DNA from: Phycisphaerae bacterium
Lineage (GTDB): Bacteria > Planctomycetota > Phycisphaerae > UBA1845
Direction of reading: 5' to 3'
NCBI GenBank assembly: GCA_029260055.1
Contig: JAJDDX010000098.1
Span: 4,962-68,961, forward strand
Length of the DNA: 64,000 bases
The stretch's first letter is position 1. Every line of letters starts with the position of its first letter. Under the pieces are notes generated by a model that was given only the letters and a program-made list of their open reading frames with translations, made no database searches and had not been told where the DNA came from. The translations under genes were made by a program, and so were the position numbers. Positions 36,686-46,803 of the stretch are shown one piece after another.

Positions 36686-37825
36686 CTATTTCGCCTTGCG
36701 GACCGTGGCTCGCAGCAGCGTCTTGTAGGTCTTTTCCAGGTCGCTGATCTGCTTGATGAGCGTCTCGTCCTTGCCGGTATAGGGGTGCGGGGCGCGGGCG
36801 AGTTCGACGAACCACTTCACGACGTTGTCGTAGTCGTCGAGGTCGATGTATTCGGGGCCGAGCGTGCCTCGCTTGCGGTTGACGTTGTGGTAGTTGCCCA
36901 GGGCGACGCACAGGCCCGTCGCTTCGTAGCCGAGCGTGCAGTAGGCGGACGACTCGCACGTCCCGCCGTCCATGAGCTTTCGCTGGAATTTGAACCGCTT
37001 ATCGGCCTGCGCCAGCTCGCGCGCGATGCGATGGCAGTAGGCTGTGACCTGCGGCGTAAACGCACTGGCCCGGTCGCCGACGCGCAGGATGGGCCCATCG
37101 CCCATTTGGGCGTGAGGCAACTCCGAACTCGTCTCCATCGCCACGATGAAGCATTTCTTCGGGATGGTCTTGAGCCGGCATGCGGCGATGGCCCCGATGA
37201 AGCCGACTTCTTCAGCGCGGGTGAACAGGAAGTACGCGTCGCAACTGTGACGGCGCCGCAAGAGTTGATCGATGCAGGCGAGCATGGCGGACGCGCCGGC
37301 CATATCGTCGCAGTCGCGGGCGTAGATGCGCGAGCCGCGCACGGTCGGGTCGCCGAAGTCCCACATGCCGATCGAGCCGGGCGGCACCTCGCGCGGTACG
37401 TTGATGACGGCGGTGTCGACGCGCCGCTGTCCGTTGCGCATGACCGTCTTGATCGACTTGACCCGTCCGCGCATCCACTTGTCGTCGACCCAAAAGCGCA
37501 CGCGAGAACCGACGAAATATTCCTTCGGCACACCGCCGCGCCAAAACGCTCGCACACGATCCTTACCGGCCATCTTGTCGGCGACGAAGCCGGGATGGTC
37601 GAGATGGGCCGTGATGCACACCGGCCTGGCGATCTTCCGATTCCCCTGCTTGACGCGCACGAGCATGTTGCCCGCGGCGTCGCGCGTCAGCGTGACGTGC
37701 TTGCGGCGATCGCAAAACTGCTCGATGTGCTCGACGACGAGGTGTTCGGCGAACGGCGCGGTCGGGATGGACATCGCGTCGTGAAGGATCTTGCGACTCA
37801 TGTTCGTTGCGGTCTTTTGCGGCAT
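36686..37825 (-). CDS. M20/M42-family metallo-hydrolase
   Basis: TAHLDH, RDCDDMAG, FTRAEEVG, METS, GNYHN metal-ligand motifs. Confidence 0.85.
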   Translation of the reverse strand: MPQKTATNMSRKILHDAMSIPTAPFAEHLVVEHIEQFCDRRKHVTLTRDAAGNMLVRVKQGNRKIARPVCITAHLDHPGFVADKMAGKDRVRAFWRGGVPKEYFVGSRVRFWVDDKWMRGRVKSIKTVMRNGQRRVDTAVINVPREVPPGSIGMWDFGDPTVRGSRIYARDCDDMAGASAMLACIDQLLRRRHSCDAYFLFTRAEEVGFIGAIAACRLKTIPKKCFIVAMETSSELPHAQMGDGPILRVGDRASAFTPQVTAYCHRIARELAQADKRFKFQRKLMDGGTCESSAYCTLGYEATGLCVALGNYHNVNRKRGTLGPEYIDLDDYDNVVKWFVELARAPHPYTGKDETLIKQISDLEKTYKTLLRATVRKAK

Positions 37826-37860
37826 GGGAGGAATCCGTTGATACTGCCTGCGGGTCAAGT

Positions 37861-38220
37861 TCAGTTCTTCTGGTGCAGCCGCAACATGGCGAACGCGATC
37901 AGCAGAATCAGCGCCGACGTCACGACGGCTCCACCGACGAAGAAGCCGAACCAGGAGCGGCCCTGCTTCTCGTTGATGCGCTGTCCGGCGCTGTTCCATC
38001 CGAGAATGCACGCCACACCGCCGAGCAGCAGCGCGGAGCCGATACAAGCCAGTAGGGCAAGGGCATAACTATTGGCGGCATAGATGATCTGCCGCACGTC
38101 GGGATGGTAGTTGCGCCACACAAGGAAGATGCTTCCGATCAGCGGAAAGACCGCGATGATCGCCAGCACCCGGGCGTAGTTGGCTTGCACGTCAAACCGG
38201 CGAAGGGAACCAAGACCCAC
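37861..38220 (-). CDS. Small three-TM membrane protein
   Basis: Three hydrophobic helices; co-oriented with its neighbours. Confidence 0.65.
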   Translation of the reverse strand: MGLGSLRRFDVQANYARVLAIIAVFPLIGSIFLVWRNYHPDVRQIIYAANSYALALLACIGSALLLGGVACILGWNSAGQRINEKQGRSWFGFFVGGAVVTSALILLIAFAMLRLHQKN

Positions 38221-38414
38221 ATTGAACTCCTTGTGACTGTCAGCGGGCCTAGCGGCGCGCCGTTTCGCGGAAGTCTAACCGAGCGCCGGGGCGTTCGTCC
38301 ACCGGCGCGGCCGGATGCCGTTCGCGCGCGGTCGGCTTCGCCCCGCACACGGGCAAATCCCGGCGCGCCGGGACCCATGCCACCCCCGCGCGGCGGGTCT
38401 TCATCGACGCGGGC

Positions 38415-39950
38415 CTAGCGCTGCGTCCAGAACCGCGGGGACAGGAGCACGACGATCGTGAACATCTCGAGCCTGCCCAGCAGCATCAAGACGCTCATGA
38501 CCACCTTGCTGGAAGCGCCGAACCAGGCGTAGTTCTGTGTCGCTCCGACTCTGGCCAGGCCCGGGCCGATGTTGTTCAGCGTGGCGGCTGACGCGGTGGC
38601 GGCGGTCGTGATGTCGATGCCGTTTGCGTCTTCCAGCAAACGCAGCGCGACGGTGCCGAGCGCGAACAGGACCCCGATGCCGAGCACGTACACCAGGGTA
38701 TTGGTCTTGAGATCGGCATCGATGGTGGATCGCCCGAGTTTGACGGTGCGGACCACCTTGGGTCGGTAGACGTGCTCCAGTTCCGCAAGCAACACCTTCA
38801 CCGCGATCACGACGCGCGTGACCTTGATCCCGCCGCCGGTCGAGCCCGCACATCCGCCGACGAACATGAGCACGAGCAGGGTCGCCTTCGCGACAAAGCC
38901 CCAGGTGTCGAAGTCCGCGCTACAAAAGCCGGTCGTCGTCTGGATGGAGACTACCTGGAACAGGGCGTCACGCGTGGTCAGCCCGGGGGACTTATCGACG
39001 GCGGAAGCGGGCGGACTCTGCATGAGACTCGCGGTGACGATGAGGGTCGCGACCGCAAGCAAGCCGAGGTAGACGCGCAATTCGGGGTCTCGGATGACCT
39101 CACGCCATTGCCGGCGGAGCAACTGGTGGTAGAGACTGAAGTTGATGCCCGCCAGCACCATGAAGAAGATGAGGACAAGGTGGATGGCTGTCGAGTCGAA
39201 CGCGGCCGCACTGGCGTCCTGGGTACTGAATCCGCCGGTCGCGAGCGTGGCGAACGTATGGCAGACGGAGTCGAACCAGCCCATGCCGCAGATGCGCAGC
39301 ATGAGGATCTCCGCGGCTGTCATGCCGCAGTAGATGAGCCACAGAATGCGAGCCGTGTCCTGAATGCGCGGCGTGACGCCTTCGGGGGTAGGACCCGGCG
39401 CCTCGATGCGATAGACCTTCCGTCCGCCGACACCCAGCATCGGCAGCACGGCCACGAACAGCACGACGATCCCGAGCCCGCCGAGCCAGTGCGTCAGCGC
39501 TCGCCAAAGCAGTATGCCCCTGGGGACCGTCGCGAGGGATTCGACCACGGTGGCCCCCGTGGTCGTTAGCCCGCTCATGGCCTCGAAGTAGCAGTTCACG
39601 AAGGCGTCGAAGCTGTGTGTTGTGTCGGCTGCGTCCTGCCGGAGTGAGGACCAGACGAAGAACGGCGCCGCGGAGACGGCCGCTCCGATGATCCAACTCA
39701 GCGCGACCAGCAGCAGGGCTTCACGCTGGCCGAACGCACGTTCTCCTTTGCGCCCGGCTAGGAACAGCAGTGCCCCGAGGGCAGCGCCGACGGCAGCGCT
39801 GTACAGCAGCGCCGCTATCTCCCCTTGGGCCTCTGACAGGCCGGTGGCATGTTCGATCACAGAGAAGAGGCCGACGGCCAGGATGAGTCCGCTGAGCACG
39901 AACATCAGCAGGCCGAGGTGGCGGCTTACGAGTCGAAGGTCGACGATCAT
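38415..39950 (-). CDS. trkH: Trk potassium uptake membrane subunit
   Basis: FEAMSGLTTTGAT, WLGGLGI, TGGFS, GGCAGSTGGGIK, NNIGPG, GRLE. Confidence 0.96.
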   Translation of the reverse strand: MIVDLRLVSRHLGLLMFVLSGLILAVGLFSVIEHATGLSEAQGEIAALLYSAAVGAALGALLFLAGRKGERAFGQREALLLVALSWIIGAAVSAAPFFVWSSLRQDAADTTHSFDAFVNCYFEAMSGLTTTGATVVESLATVPRGILLWRALTHWLGGLGIVVLFVAVLPMLGVGGRKVYRIEAPGPTPEGVTPRIQDTARILWLIYCGMTAAEILMLRICGMGWFDSVCHTFATLATGGFSTQDASAAAFDSTAIHLVLIFFMVLAGINFSLYHQLLRRQWREVIRDPELRVYLGLLAVATLIVTASLMQSPPASAVDKSPGLTTRDALFQVVSIQTTTGFCSADFDTWGFVAKATLLVLMFVGGCAGSTGGGIKVTRVVIAVKVLLAELEHVYRPKVVRTVKLGRSTIDADLKTNTLVYVLGIGVLFALGTVALRLLEDANGIDITTAATASAATLNNIGPGLARVGATQNYAWFGASSKVVMSVLMLLGRLEMFTIVVLLSPRFWTQR

Positions 39951-41287
39951 TTCGTGACAAACAGCTTGCGTAGGTCGTCGGCGATACCGGCCGGCCCGAT
40001 CGCCAGAAGCGTGTCGTCCGCAAGGACCTGGTCTTCGGCACCCGGTACGTACACTTTGTCGCCGCGGCGGATGGCGGCGATCATCGTCTTCGGCGGCAGT
40101 TTGATGTTACGCAGTTCGTGCCCGAGAAGCTTCGCGCGCTTCGAGGGCGTGATGTCGTACACCTCAGCCACGCCGTCGGCGAATTGGGCGACGGAGCGAA
40201 TGGCACTCGTGTCGATGAGCTTGAGGATCGCTTTGGCTGCCACATCGCGCGGGCTGAACGGGTAGTCGATGCCCACGTGCCCGAACAAGTGCAGGTACTT
40301 CTTGCGCTGTACGACGGCGATGGCCGTCTTGGCGCCGAGCGTCTTGGCCTGGGCGCAGCCGAGTATGTTGTGCTCGTCGTCGTTGGTCACGGCGATGAAC
40401 ACATCCGTCATTTCGATGTGCTCATCGGCGAATGTCGTGGCGTCGGTGGGGTCGGCCTCGACGATCGTGACATGGTCGAGTTTGCCCGCCATCTCCTCCG
40501 CCCGGGCATGGTTTTCGACGTAGACGCGGACGGTAAACAGGCGGCTCTTGAGCGCGCGGCACAACCACACGGCCGTCGCGGTCTCGCCCATGATCGCGAT
40601 GTTGCGCCGCTTGGGCTTACCCTTGTTGAACACCTTCCGGGCGGCGTCGAAGGTCTTGGTCTCGCCGATGACGGTCACGTGGTCACCCTCCGCGACGAGT
40701 GTCCCGGCGGAAGCGATGGCCGCGTCGCCGTTGCTCTCGACCGTGGCGACTCTGGCACTGGGCGGCAAGACGACCTCGGCGAGCTTCTTGCCGTCTGCGG
40801 GCGTGCCCGCGGTGACGGGGAAGCGCTGCATCAGAAGCTGACCGTGGGAGAACTCTTCCAGCACGATCGATCCGGGGTTGCGAATGGCGCGAGCAATGGC
40901 CAGTGACGTAAGATGCTCCGGGCAGAGCAACTGATCGATGCCGAGCTTCTCCATATGCTCGGTGAAGCGTAGCGAGAAATTCGCCGTGTGATGCACTCGT
41001 GCGACCGCCTGCTTGGCGCCGGTGGTCTTGGCGAGAGACGCGGCGAGGAGGTTGATCTCGTCGACCTCGGTGGCTGCGACGAAGAGCTGGCACTTCTGGC
41101 AGCCCGCTTTGCTGAGGATGGCCACGTGGGCGCACGATCCGGCGAGGGTGCGTACGTCGAGGCGCTCGTTCAGCGCGCGCAGCCGCTCGGCTGACAGATC
41201 GATCACGGTGACGCCATGCCCCGCGGAAGAGAGGACCTCCGCCGCATGCGCGCCCACCTCACCGGCGCCCGCTATGATCACGTTCAT
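39947..41287 (-). CDS. trkA: Trk potassium uptake regulatory subunit
   Basis: IIAGAGEVG; two RCK-N/RCK-C pairs; overlaps the trkH start. Confidence 0.95.
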   Translation of the reverse strand: MNVIIAGAGEVGAHAAEVLSSAGHGVTVIDLSAERLRALNERLDVRTLAGSCAHVAILSKAGCQKCQLFVAATEVDEINLLAASLAKTTGAKQAVARVHHTANFSLRFTEHMEKLGIDQLLCPEHLTSLAIARAIRNPGSIVLEEFSHGQLLMQRFPVTAGTPADGKKLAEVVLPPSARVATVESNGDAAIASAGTLVAEGDHVTVIGETKTFDAARKVFNKGKPKRRNIAIMGETATAVWLCRALKSRLFTVRVYVENHARAEEMAGKLDHVTIVEADPTDATTFADEHIEMTDVFIAVTNDDEHNILGCAQAKTLGAKTAIAVVQRKKYLHLFGHVGIDYPFSPRDVAAKAILKLIDTSAIRSVAQFADGVAEVYDITPSKRAKLLGHELRNIKLPPKTMIAAIRRGDKVYVPGAEDQVLADDTLLAIGPAGIADDLRKLFVTK

Positions 41288-41351
41288 GTGGTAATTCCGC
41301 GCCGCACCAACATGGAATTGAATGATACCGCCTCAGACACCTCGAGGCCAG

Positions 41352-42545
41352 CTATCGTCCAGCCTCGCGGCGATCGAGGCGCAGCTTCAGCATCAACGCT
41401 GCGAAGTCATGCATCAAAGCCTCGCCTGCGGGCCCGAAATGCGATTCAAACAGCCGAATCTCGGCGTTCGCGTCGACCGATACGCCGGGTTGACGCTGAG
41501 CGATGGCGGTCACGTATTTGGCAAACTGATCGCGGTGGGCTCGATTCAGATAGTGGACGAAGCCCCACGCCTGCGCGTATCGAAATACCGTGTTCGGTCC
41601 GGCTTGCGACAGGATGTCGGCGTCGCCAATCAGATCCCGAAGCGACACCATCCGGCCGGATCGCAATGCGGCATCCAGGTCCTCGTCCGACATGCTTCGC
41701 ACTTCCAAATCCACGCCTAGGGCGTCGCGCAAATCGGCCAGGCGCATGTGATTGACCCGCCCGACGCCCTGCGCGGAACGCGCCTGGGGCACCTCGAACT
41801 GGCACGCGAGACCCTCGACGAGCCACAGCGGGTTTTCGGCCCCGCGCACGTGGACCCCGATGTTGAAGAACATCTGGTGCGCCGCTTCGTGCTGAATGAC
41901 GAAGCGGTTGAAACGCTCCGCGATTGCGTCGCGCTGCGCGTATATACCGGCCAGGCGCCCGGCGAGTGCCTTTCGTTGAGCCTGCGTGGCGCGTGAACTC
42001 CGATCCTTTCTGGCGAGGTCACGCAGGCGTGCGCTGATGCTCTCGATTTCCCGGTTGACGGCGTTCATCTCCGGCATGTGCTGCGTGTTGCCGAACGCGG
42101 ACAGATTGGTGCCGTGATGGTAGAAGCCGGCCGCCGCGCCGGAATGGATGCCGCAGGCCTCGCGATACCCCTTGAAACCCTCATACTTGTCGAAAAGGAG
42201 CACCCCGAGTCGTCCCTCGGGCGGTGCCACCTTCAGCTCGAGCCCCTCGCAGTATCGCCACATGGCGTCGTAGGTCCCCTCGAGCCTGGCCACCAGTGCC
42301 GCGACGATCTCCGGGGCGGTGTCGTAGGCGATCGCGAAATGGTCAGTGCGGCGCAGATGCGCGTCCTCACCGATGAGTGCGACTAAGGACGCCTCGAAGG
42401 CCTCGTCCGGCGGTGGCGGCTTCGGGCTTCCTGCCGTGGCATGGGTCCACGCCACACACATGGTCGCGATCGACACCGCGAATACCCACGCGCGGTAAAG
42501 CGTCCGAGTCGAGTGTGGTGACAAAGAGCGACGTCGTGGCATCAA
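41352..42545 (-). CDS. DUF1570-type exported zinc-peptidase-like protein
   Basis: AAGFY, IQHEAAHQMFFNIG, PLWLVEGLACQFE, YAQAWGFVHYL. Confidence 0.8.
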   Translation of the reverse strand: MMPRRRSLSPHSTRTLYRAWVFAVSIATMCVAWTHATAGSPKPPPPDEAFEASLVALIGEDAHLRRTDHFAIAYDTAPEIVAALVARLEGTYDAMWRYCEGLELKVAPPEGRLGVLLFDKYEGFKGYREACGIHSGAAAGFYHHGTNLSAFGNTQHMPEMNAVNREIESISARLRDLARKDRSSRATQAQRKALAGRLAGIYAQRDAIAERFNRFVIQHEAAHQMFFNIGVHVRGAENPLWLVEGLACQFEVPQARSAQGVGRVNHMRLADLRDALGVDLEVRSMSDEDLDAALRSGRMVSLRDLIGDADILSQAGPNTVFRYAQAWGFVHYLNRAHRDQFAKYVTAIAQRQPGVSVDANAEIRLFESHFGPAGEALMHDFAALMLKLRLDRREAGR

Positions 42546-42566
42546 ACCTCCGGGCTAGACCCGTAG

Positions 42567-43253
42567 TCAGATCGGGCTGGCTACGATTTCCGCGATTAAC
42601 TCACGCGGCGCGCCGATGTCCGCGACTTCGACCCGGCCCACGTAGTCGGCGGCGGTTGGCTGAAGGAAGCCCCTCTTATTGGCGACGAAGGTGATCGTCA
42701 GGTCGGCGCGGATCGTGGCGTTGGAGGGCTCGCCCGTGTCACAATCGAGGCCCGAGGGCACGTCCACGGCCACCAACCCGCATCGCGGTGCCGCGTTGAT
42801 CGCCTGAATCAGCTCCGCAGTCGGGCTGCGTACCTCGCCTCGAAAACCGGTGCCGAGCAGGGCGTCGATGACCACTTCGCCGCTTTCGATCGATCGAGCG
42901 AATGCCGTCTGCGGCTCAGCGGTCGGCGCGATCGTAACCGCCAAGCCCATCGCCTGGATGATGTCGAAGTTGACGCGCGTGTCGGGGGTGAAGCGGTCCT
43001 TTGTGGCTGTGATGAGGAATCGAACCGTCCAGCCGGCATTGTGGAGGTGGCGTGCGATGACGCAGCCATCCCCGCCGTTGTTGCCCGGACCGGCGAAGAT
43101 GACGGCTCGTCCGTCATTGCCATACGTCGCTCGAATCAAGTCGGCGGCGTTGCGCGCGGCGTTCTCCATCAGAATGATACCGGGGATTCGGTATCGCTCT
43201 ATCGCGAGTTCATCCACCCGCCGAACCTGTGCGCGACTCAGAGTGATGGCCAT
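42567..43253 (-). CDS. nnrE: NAD(P)H-hydrate epimerase (stand-alone YjeF N-domain)
   Basis: LMENA, GPGNNGGDG, IDALLGTG, AVDVPSG, ADLTITF, DIG. Confidence 0.93.
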   Translation of the reverse strand: MAITLSRAQVRRVDELAIERYRIPGIILMENAARNAADLIRATYGNDGRAVIFAGPGNNGGDGCVIARHLHNAGWTVRFLITATKDRFTPDTRVNFDIIQAMGLAVTIAPTAEPQTAFARSIESGEVVIDALLGTGFRGEVRSPTAELIQAINAAPRCGLVAVDVPSGLDCDTGEPSNATIRADLTITFVANKRGFLQPTAADYVGRVEVADIGAPRELIAEIVASPI

Positions 43254-43298
43254 GCCGGCAGTATACCCGGGGCTGGGCGCTTTCCGAAATGGACTCCT

Positions 43299-43320
43299 GA
43301 GCCGCGGGCTTCAGCCCGCG
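43299..43320 (+). repeat. REP-like palindrome
   Basis: GAGC-CGCGGGCT-TC-AGCCCGCG in the nuoN-nnrE spacer; partial copy GCTTCAGCCCGC near 11930. Confidence 0.4.
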
Positions 43321-43378
43321 CGGACTCGCGGCACGGAGATGCAGATAGTACTCGTGCGGCGCGGGGCAACCTGTCTGG

Positions 43379-44968
43379 TTAAGGGGTATCGCTGCCGATC
43401 ACGTCGCGTGAGGCGAGGTCGGCTTGCCCGTGCTCCGCGGCGGTTACCTTGCCCTGGTCCGCACGGATCGACTGATGCACGGACGCCGTGGCGTCGCGAG
43501 CCTCACCGGCGAGGCGGCTGGGCCATGCGAAGAAGACGAGCATCGGGATTGCACAGAGCGCCAGGCCCCATCGTAGGGGCATACCGCCGGTTGGCTTGGC
43601 TTCCTGGACTTCCTCGCGAACGTAGGCGGCTGCCACGATCCGCAGGTAGTAGGCGGCACCGACCGCGGAGTTGAGCACGCCGATGATTGCCAGAGCCACC
43701 ATGGCGCCGTGATAGGGATGAGCCGCGTCGAGCGAAAACGCGCTGCTGAAGATGTAGAGCTTGCCGAGGAAGCCGGCTGTCGGCGGGAACCCCATGAGGC
43801 TGAATACGCAGACCGCAAGGGCCAGAGCCGCCATCGGGGCCCGGCGGGCGAGACCCGCGAGGTCGTCGAGCGTTTCCGTATCCCGGTCCCCGCTACGGAA
43901 GGCCGATAGCAAGGCGAACGCGCCGAGGTTCATGGCTCCGTAGACCGCCATGTAGAAGAGCAGTGCCGCGACGCCGTCGTGCATCGGGCCTGAGCCCGCG
44001 ACCGGCCCGACCAGCAGGGCGACCAGCATGTAACCCGTGTGAGCGATGCTGGAGTAGGCGAGGATTCGCTTGGCGCTGGTCTGGAGCAGGGCGAGTGCGT
44101 TGCCGAGCGTCATCGTGGCGGCTGCCATGAGCCACAGCACCCAGAAGACCTCGGTCGGCAGTTCCCAGTTCAGTGCCGAGAGCACCTTGATCAGGGCCAA
44201 GAAGCCGGCGAACTTCGGCACGAAGCCCAGCAGGCCCGTCACCGGCGAGGCCGCCCCTTCGTAGACATCCGGTGCATATACGTGGAAAGGCACAGCCGCG
44301 ACCTTGAACGCCAGTCCGCCGAAGACGAGCAGCAGGCCGATGATCGCCTGCGGGCCGAGGTCGGCACCGTTTTGCCAGAGTGAGGCGACGGCGCCGCCGG
44401 TCAGCGAGAAGAGCGTGGTCGTGCCGGCTGCCCCGTAGAGGAACGACATGCCGTAGGCCAGGATGGCGGCTGCCATCGCGCCGAGGAAGAAGTACTTCAC
44501 GGCGGCTTCGGACGCTCGCGAGTCGGTCCGGCTCAGCGCGATGATGACGTAGGTCGGCACGCTGACCAGTTCGATGGCGAAGAACAGGACGATCAGATCG
44601 TTGGCTGACGCCGTCAGTGTAATACCCAGAAGCGACAGCAGCAGCATGGCCATGTATTCGCCGCGCTCCTCGGCCACGGGCTGGTGCCAGTTGACCAGGA
44701 CGATCAGCGCACCGATCACTAGCGTGATCAGCCGCGCGAAGTAGGTCAGTGAGGTGAGCCAAAGCCCCGGCGGGCTGACCGTCTCAGCGGTCGGGCTGCC
44801 CAGCCAGACTGTCGCCACCAACGCCGCAAGCACGACGAGCAGGGCGAAGGGCGAGACGAACTGACGCCGGTCGTCCGTTTGCGTGAGCCCTACGATGAGC
44901 GCCGCGCACGCGCCGATGAGCATGATGAACTCGGGCGCCAGCGGAATCAGATAATCGCCAAGGCTCAT
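43379..44968 (-). CDS. nuoN: NADH-quinone oxidoreductase subunit N
   Basis: EAAVKYF, FKVAAVPFH..PDVYEG, KRILAYSSIAH, SLMGFPPTAGF. Confidence 0.95.
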   Translation of the reverse strand: MSLGDYLIPLAPEFIMLIGACAALIVGLTQTDDRRQFVSPFALLVVLAALVATVWLGSPTAETVSPPGLWLTSLTYFARLITLVIGALIVLVNWHQPVAEERGEYMAMLLLSLLGITLTASANDLIVLFFAIELVSVPTYVIIALSRTDSRASEAAVKYFFLGAMAAAILAYGMSFLYGAAGTTTLFSLTGGAVASLWQNGADLGPQAIIGLLLVFGGLAFKVAAVPFHVYAPDVYEGAASPVTGLLGFVPKFAGFLALIKVLSALNWELPTEVFWVLWLMAAATMTLGNALALLQTSAKRILAYSSIAHTGYMLVALLVGPVAGSGPMHDGVAALLFYMAVYGAMNLGAFALLSAFRSGDRDTETLDDLAGLARRAPMAALALAVCVFSLMGFPPTAGFLGKLYIFSSAFSLDAAHPYHGAMVALAIIGVLNSAVGAAYYLRIVAAAYVREEVQEAKPTGGMPLRWGLALCAIPMLVFFAWPSRLAGEARDATASVHQSIRADQGKVTAAEHGQADLASRDVIGSDTP

Positions 44969-46791
44969 GGACCTGCCCTCCACAAAGCCTCAGACGCGCC
45001 TGATTCGTTGGACCCGCGTGGGGTATCAGCAGCCACCCGTGCGTCGCCCGATTCCGCAACACCATGGTCGAGTGGAGCCGTCCGAGCTTCCCCCCTTACC
45101 AAGGGGGGATTGAGGGGGGTGCCTTCTGCGGCAGCGGTAAGCTGCTCGAGTTGGGTCTCATCGGACTGCGTCACCGTCGCCTCAGCCGAGGCGTGCAGGA
45201 TGTTCTGTGTGATGGCACCCTCGAAGCTGTCGAGCACCGGCTTGGGGTATACCCCGAGGAAGATGCACACCAGGGCGATCGGCACCAGGAAGCCGATCTC
45301 ACGGGGCGTCAGGTCTTTCGTCAGGCCGGTCGACGTATCAGGAGTGCCAGCCGGCTCCTTGAGGGGGCCAAACAGAACGCGCTGACACATCCACAGCATG
45401 TAGACCGCGCCGAGGATGATTCCCAACGCCGCGGGGATGACGTAGCCATAACCGAGCGGGCCGGCTGCCTTCATGTCGGTCGTCGTGGCCGAGGTCGCCG
45501 TGCCGAGCAGCACGAGGAACTCGCCGATGAAGCCGTTGAGCCCGGGCAGGCCGATGCTGGACAGCGTGAAGAAGATCAGGAAGAAGGCGACCCACGGCAT
45601 CTGCCGCGCGAGCCCGCCGATTTCGTAGATGCTTCGTGTGTGATACCGCTCGTAAATGCAGCCAATCACGAGGAACAAGGCACCCGTCGAGAGGCCGTGG
45701 TTGACCATGTAGATCACCGCACCGCTGACGCCCGCCACCTTGAGGCTGAACAGCCCCAACATGCAGAAGCCCAGGTGCGATACGGAGGAGTACGCGACGA
45801 GCTTCTTCACGTCCTCCTGCACCCACGCAGCCAGGGCCGCGTAGATGATGCCGATGATGGCCAATACCGCGACAACCGGCGCCAGATGGAAAGCCGCTTC
45901 CGGCAGTATCGGAATGCTCAGCCGGCAGAAGCCGTAGGTGCCGAGCTTCAGCAGCACACCCGCCAGGATGACGCTGCCGGCTGTCGGTGCCTCGGTATGG
46001 GCCAGCGGCAACCAGGTGTGAACCGGGAAGAAGGGCACCTTGATGGCAAACCCGGCTGCGAACGCCAGGAAGAGCCACCACTGCACGTTGAACGGGATCT
46101 CGCCGTTCTTACCCATTTCGGTGAGGGTCCAGAGGTTCAGCGTCAAGTCGCCGCGAACCGTGTAGGCGTAGTAGGCTAAGAAGACCACGCCGGCGAAGGT
46201 CAGCACGCTGCCGGCTAGGGTGAAGATGAAGAACTTGTTGGCAGCGTAGCGTCGCTGCGGGCCGCCCCAGATGCCGATCAGGAAGTAGAGCGGTACCAGA
46301 GTGAACTCGAAGAAGACGTAGAAGAGCAGCAGGTCCCGAGCGCAGAACACGCCGAGCATCGCCATGTGCAAAAGCAGCAGCAGGATGTAGTACTCGCGGA
46401 CGCGCGTGCGGATCGCCGTGAAGCTCCCCAGGATCGCCAGCGGCATGAGGAAGGCTGTCAGCGCCAGAAGCCAGACGCTGATCCCGTCGATGCCGACGCT
46501 ATAGGCGATGTCGATATTCGGCGAGTTGCCCGAGATGTCGAGGCCCGACGAGTCGCGCAACTCGGCGCCGATCCACGGCACATAGGCCTTGAGCGTGAAG
46601 CCGTCACCCGACGCGGTCGGCGGATCAGCGTAGAATGCCGCGATCGCCAGTACGGTCAGCACCGCCGTGATCAGCGAGATGCCCAGGGCAGCCCAGCGGA
46701 TCGTGGCGTCCGACCCGCGGCGCGGCAATAGCAGAAGCGCCGCGCCGACAAGCGGCGAGATGATGATGAGAGTTAAGAGCCAGCTATCCAA
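44965..46791 (-). CDS. nuoM: NADH-quinone oxidoreductase subunit M (extended C-terminus)
   Basis: GIDGIS, FFEFTLVP, IKVPFFPVHTWLP..HTEAP, KKLVAYSSVSH, GLPGLNGFIGE. Confidence 0.96.
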   Translation of the reverse strand: MDSWLLTLIIISPLVGAALLLLPRRGSDATIRWAALGISLITAVLTVLAIAAFYADPPTASGDGFTLKAYVPWIGAELRDSSGLDISGNSPNIDIAYSVGIDGISVWLLALTAFLMPLAILGSFTAIRTRVREYYILLLLLHMAMLGVFCARDLLLFYVFFEFTLVPLYFLIGIWGGPQRRYAANKFFIFTLAGSVLTFAGVVFLAYYAYTVRGDLTLNLWTLTEMGKNGEIPFNVQWWLFLAFAAGFAIKVPFFPVHTWLPLAHTEAPTAGSVILAGVLLKLGTYGFCRLSIPILPEAAFHLAPVVAVLAIIGIIYAALAAWVQEDVKKLVAYSSVSHLGFCMLGLFSLKVAGVSGAVIYMVNHGLSTGALFLVIGCIYERYHTRSIYEIGGLARQMPWVAFFLIFFTLSSIGLPGLNGFIGEFLVLLGTATSATTTDMKAAGPLGYGYVIPAALGIILGAVYMLWMCQRVLFGPLKEPAGTPDTSTGLTKDLTPREIGFLVPIALVCIFLGVYPKPVLDSFEGAITQNILHASAEATVTQSDETQLEQLTAAAEGTPLNPPLVRGEARTAPLDHGVAESGDARVAADTPRGSNESGASEALWRAGP

Positions 46792-46803
46792 CGCCGTCGC
46801 CTT

